Below are positions 62,030 through 64,000 of a stretch of DNA of 64,000 nucleotides, piece after piece. The position numbers and the translations under genes were made by a program. The DNA comes from Tubulanus polymorphus. Taxonomy: Eukaryota > Animalia > Nemertea. Numbering within the stretch: position 1 is the first letter of the stretch; every line of letters begins with the position of its first letter. The notes beneath the pieces are model-generated. The model was given only the letters and a program-made list of their open reading frames with translations. It was not told the origin of the DNA and made no database searches. The DNA lies in assembly GCF_964204645.1 (NCBI RefSeq), contig NC_134034.1:5864914-5928913 (forward strand), in the 5' to 3' direction.

Positions 62030-62580
62030 GTCACGGTAGAAATTACCAAATTTTGACAATACGAAAACTATTAGACGACGACGTTCTTTACATTCACATT
62101 TATTCGAAACAACTATAAAACTGGCCACGTCATGCGCAGGTCTCCTTTATCTTCCCAATAGGTCAGGTGACCGAGTCCTGCGAGTGACGGAAACCATTCA
62201 TACGTATCATAATACATGATTAACAGAATCAGCGATCGTATCATATTTAACATGAACCATATAACATGCCCTCTGCAAAAGTGAGTTATTCTCAAGACAA
62301 CTCAAAAATGCACATTTCATAATGATACATTTTATATTGATTACACTCGCGATAGAGCATCAGCCACAATATTATATCGACCTTTGATGTGTTGAATTAC
62401 TAAGTTGTGACTTTGCACCAACATCGCCCATCGCATTAGTCTCCTGTTTTTGTTTTTAATCTTCTGCAAGAAAACTAGAGGGTTATGATCTATAAAAATA
62501 TAGACAGGTAGACCGTTAGTTACGTACACTTCGAAATGAACGAAGAGATAAGCATTCTTTCTCTATAGTTAAATAATTAA
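62030..62580 (-). mobile_element. Ty3/Gypsy 3' fragment (RNase H end plus probable LTR 62030-62329)
   Basis: IDHNPLVFL..KNKNRRLMRWAM.VQ....I.HIKG..NIVADALSRV* (62341-62529). Confidence 0.8.
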
Positions 62581-63099
62581 GTTGAGATTTATTGTCAACT
62601 TGAAAAATATGGCAAAACCATCATGGAGCAGTTAACGCTATTTTTTTAAGTTTACTTTATAACTACATGTAGATAAACAATTTATGCATCAATTTTCAAT
62701 ATGCATCAAGACGGATCGATTTGTCCTGTTTATATAATGCATATAATATTGTGTCATACTATCAAATGGAGATTAATCTGAAATACATCTGGATTAGATA
62801 ACATAGCGATAAACGAGAAAATGTTGACATTTTAGGCTTGACATTGATAAGATCTGACGAACGACTTGACAATCAATTTCTAATTAAATCATGAAATAGA
62901 TGAGCCAAATTACACTTAGCATCTAGTTTAGTCATAAAATGCGTATTGCAACGTATCATGAAAATTAACAGGAACTAGAAAATTGTACTATGCAATTACT
63001 GACTGTAACACTAGACACGAATTGCTTAAAATATTGCATGGTTGTGAAAAATGACACAACAGAATGTAGTACTCAGTACTCAATAAGTATCGGGTACTT

Positions 63100-64000
63100 C
63101 TAAAGTACGAAACTACGAAATTAAGAAATATGCAACGAAATTACGAAATGCAAAACGAAATTAAGAAATGCTGAAGTACGAAACGAAATACTATACGAAA
63201 TGCTAAACTACGAAACGAAATGGTCCTTTTTTCGCGGGTCCTGCTAAAGTATAAAATGAAATACGAAACGAAAATTTTGTAATTTTTTGCGCTATAGCAG
63301 CGGATTCGTGGAGCTGGCTTAAACATGCGCACCCGGTCTAGTGTGGCAGGGTTTCGTGCCGCGACTGAGTTTAGCGATGCCATCAGGGAGAATGATCTGC
63401 GTATGCTCATATACAACTGGAAGGTAGCGATTAATAAATTACGGGTTAGAGAACGAAGTGTGCCTTAAAATATATCCTGCAGTGTTTAGGCTAAAAAATT
63501 GATACCTCGTTTCTCCTCTGCTGAGGAGCTTAAAAGTCTGGATTCTGCAGGGGATGCGGATTCGAAAAGAAAATTCACGGCCGGAATTTTTTTCAAATTG
63601 CTCTTCACTACGCTGTTAAGCGGTAAAAAGATCGTCATGTAGTCCGTGTAGGGCCTATCATTTCACTATGCTTTACCGCGTCTGAGTTCGTGGAAATGGC
63701 GCAGCGTATTCATTATTTGTTTTTGAGAACATCCTACAAGTTTCTACTAATTGTAGACGTTTTTAAAACCCTCCAGTTTAAGAAAATAAATTCTTGAATA
63801 TGGTACTTTCAAAAGATCATTTACATGCACCGCCGAGATTTTTACAGTCCCGTAGCGTCATAACGAGCTTTGACCATAGTATGGGCGTGTGTTTGAAATG
63901 TGACCATTTCGTTTCGTATTTCGGTTCGTATTTTAACACTACTGGCAAAAAAATTTCCATTTCGTAATTTCGTTTCGTATTTCGTAATTTCGCTCCATAT
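63100..64000. mobile_element. Foldback-type element with (ACGAAA)-rich inverted subterminal arrays, incomplete at the window end
   Basis: ACGAAACGAAATGGTC at about 63210 and GACCATTTCGTTTCGT at about 63902; multiple ACGAAAT / ATTTCGT units. Confidence 0.6.

Overview
Eukaryotic (AT-rich, invertebrate-type, GT-AG introns) genomic window made almost entirely of transposable elements. One clear host gene: a spliced UPF0047/YjbQ-family gene on + (six phase-consistent exons, 19573-33475). Its last intron has grown from about 0.6 kb to 12.4 kb through a nest: a Sola1 DNA transposon (TIRs, ATTT TSD, with an OTU protease domain upstream of the transposase), interrupted by a BEL/Pao LTR retrotransposon (identical 423-bp LTRs, CATAC TSD) and a long-TIR foldback MITE (7-bp TSD). 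Other contents: relics of DUF6729-type, piggyBac, hAT, MULE, EnSpm/CACTA, Harbinger, Academ-like, CR1/L2, Gypsy and Penelope elements (the last with inverted pseudo-LTRs and hammerhead cores); several tandem arrays; two orphan spliced genes on the minus strand; and an intact 897-codon Chapaev/Transib/RAG1-like transposase with an inserted PHD finger next to a CACGGTG terminus. Almost all oriented TE coding remnants are on the minus strand. All family assignments come from motif recognition by eye, not database searches.
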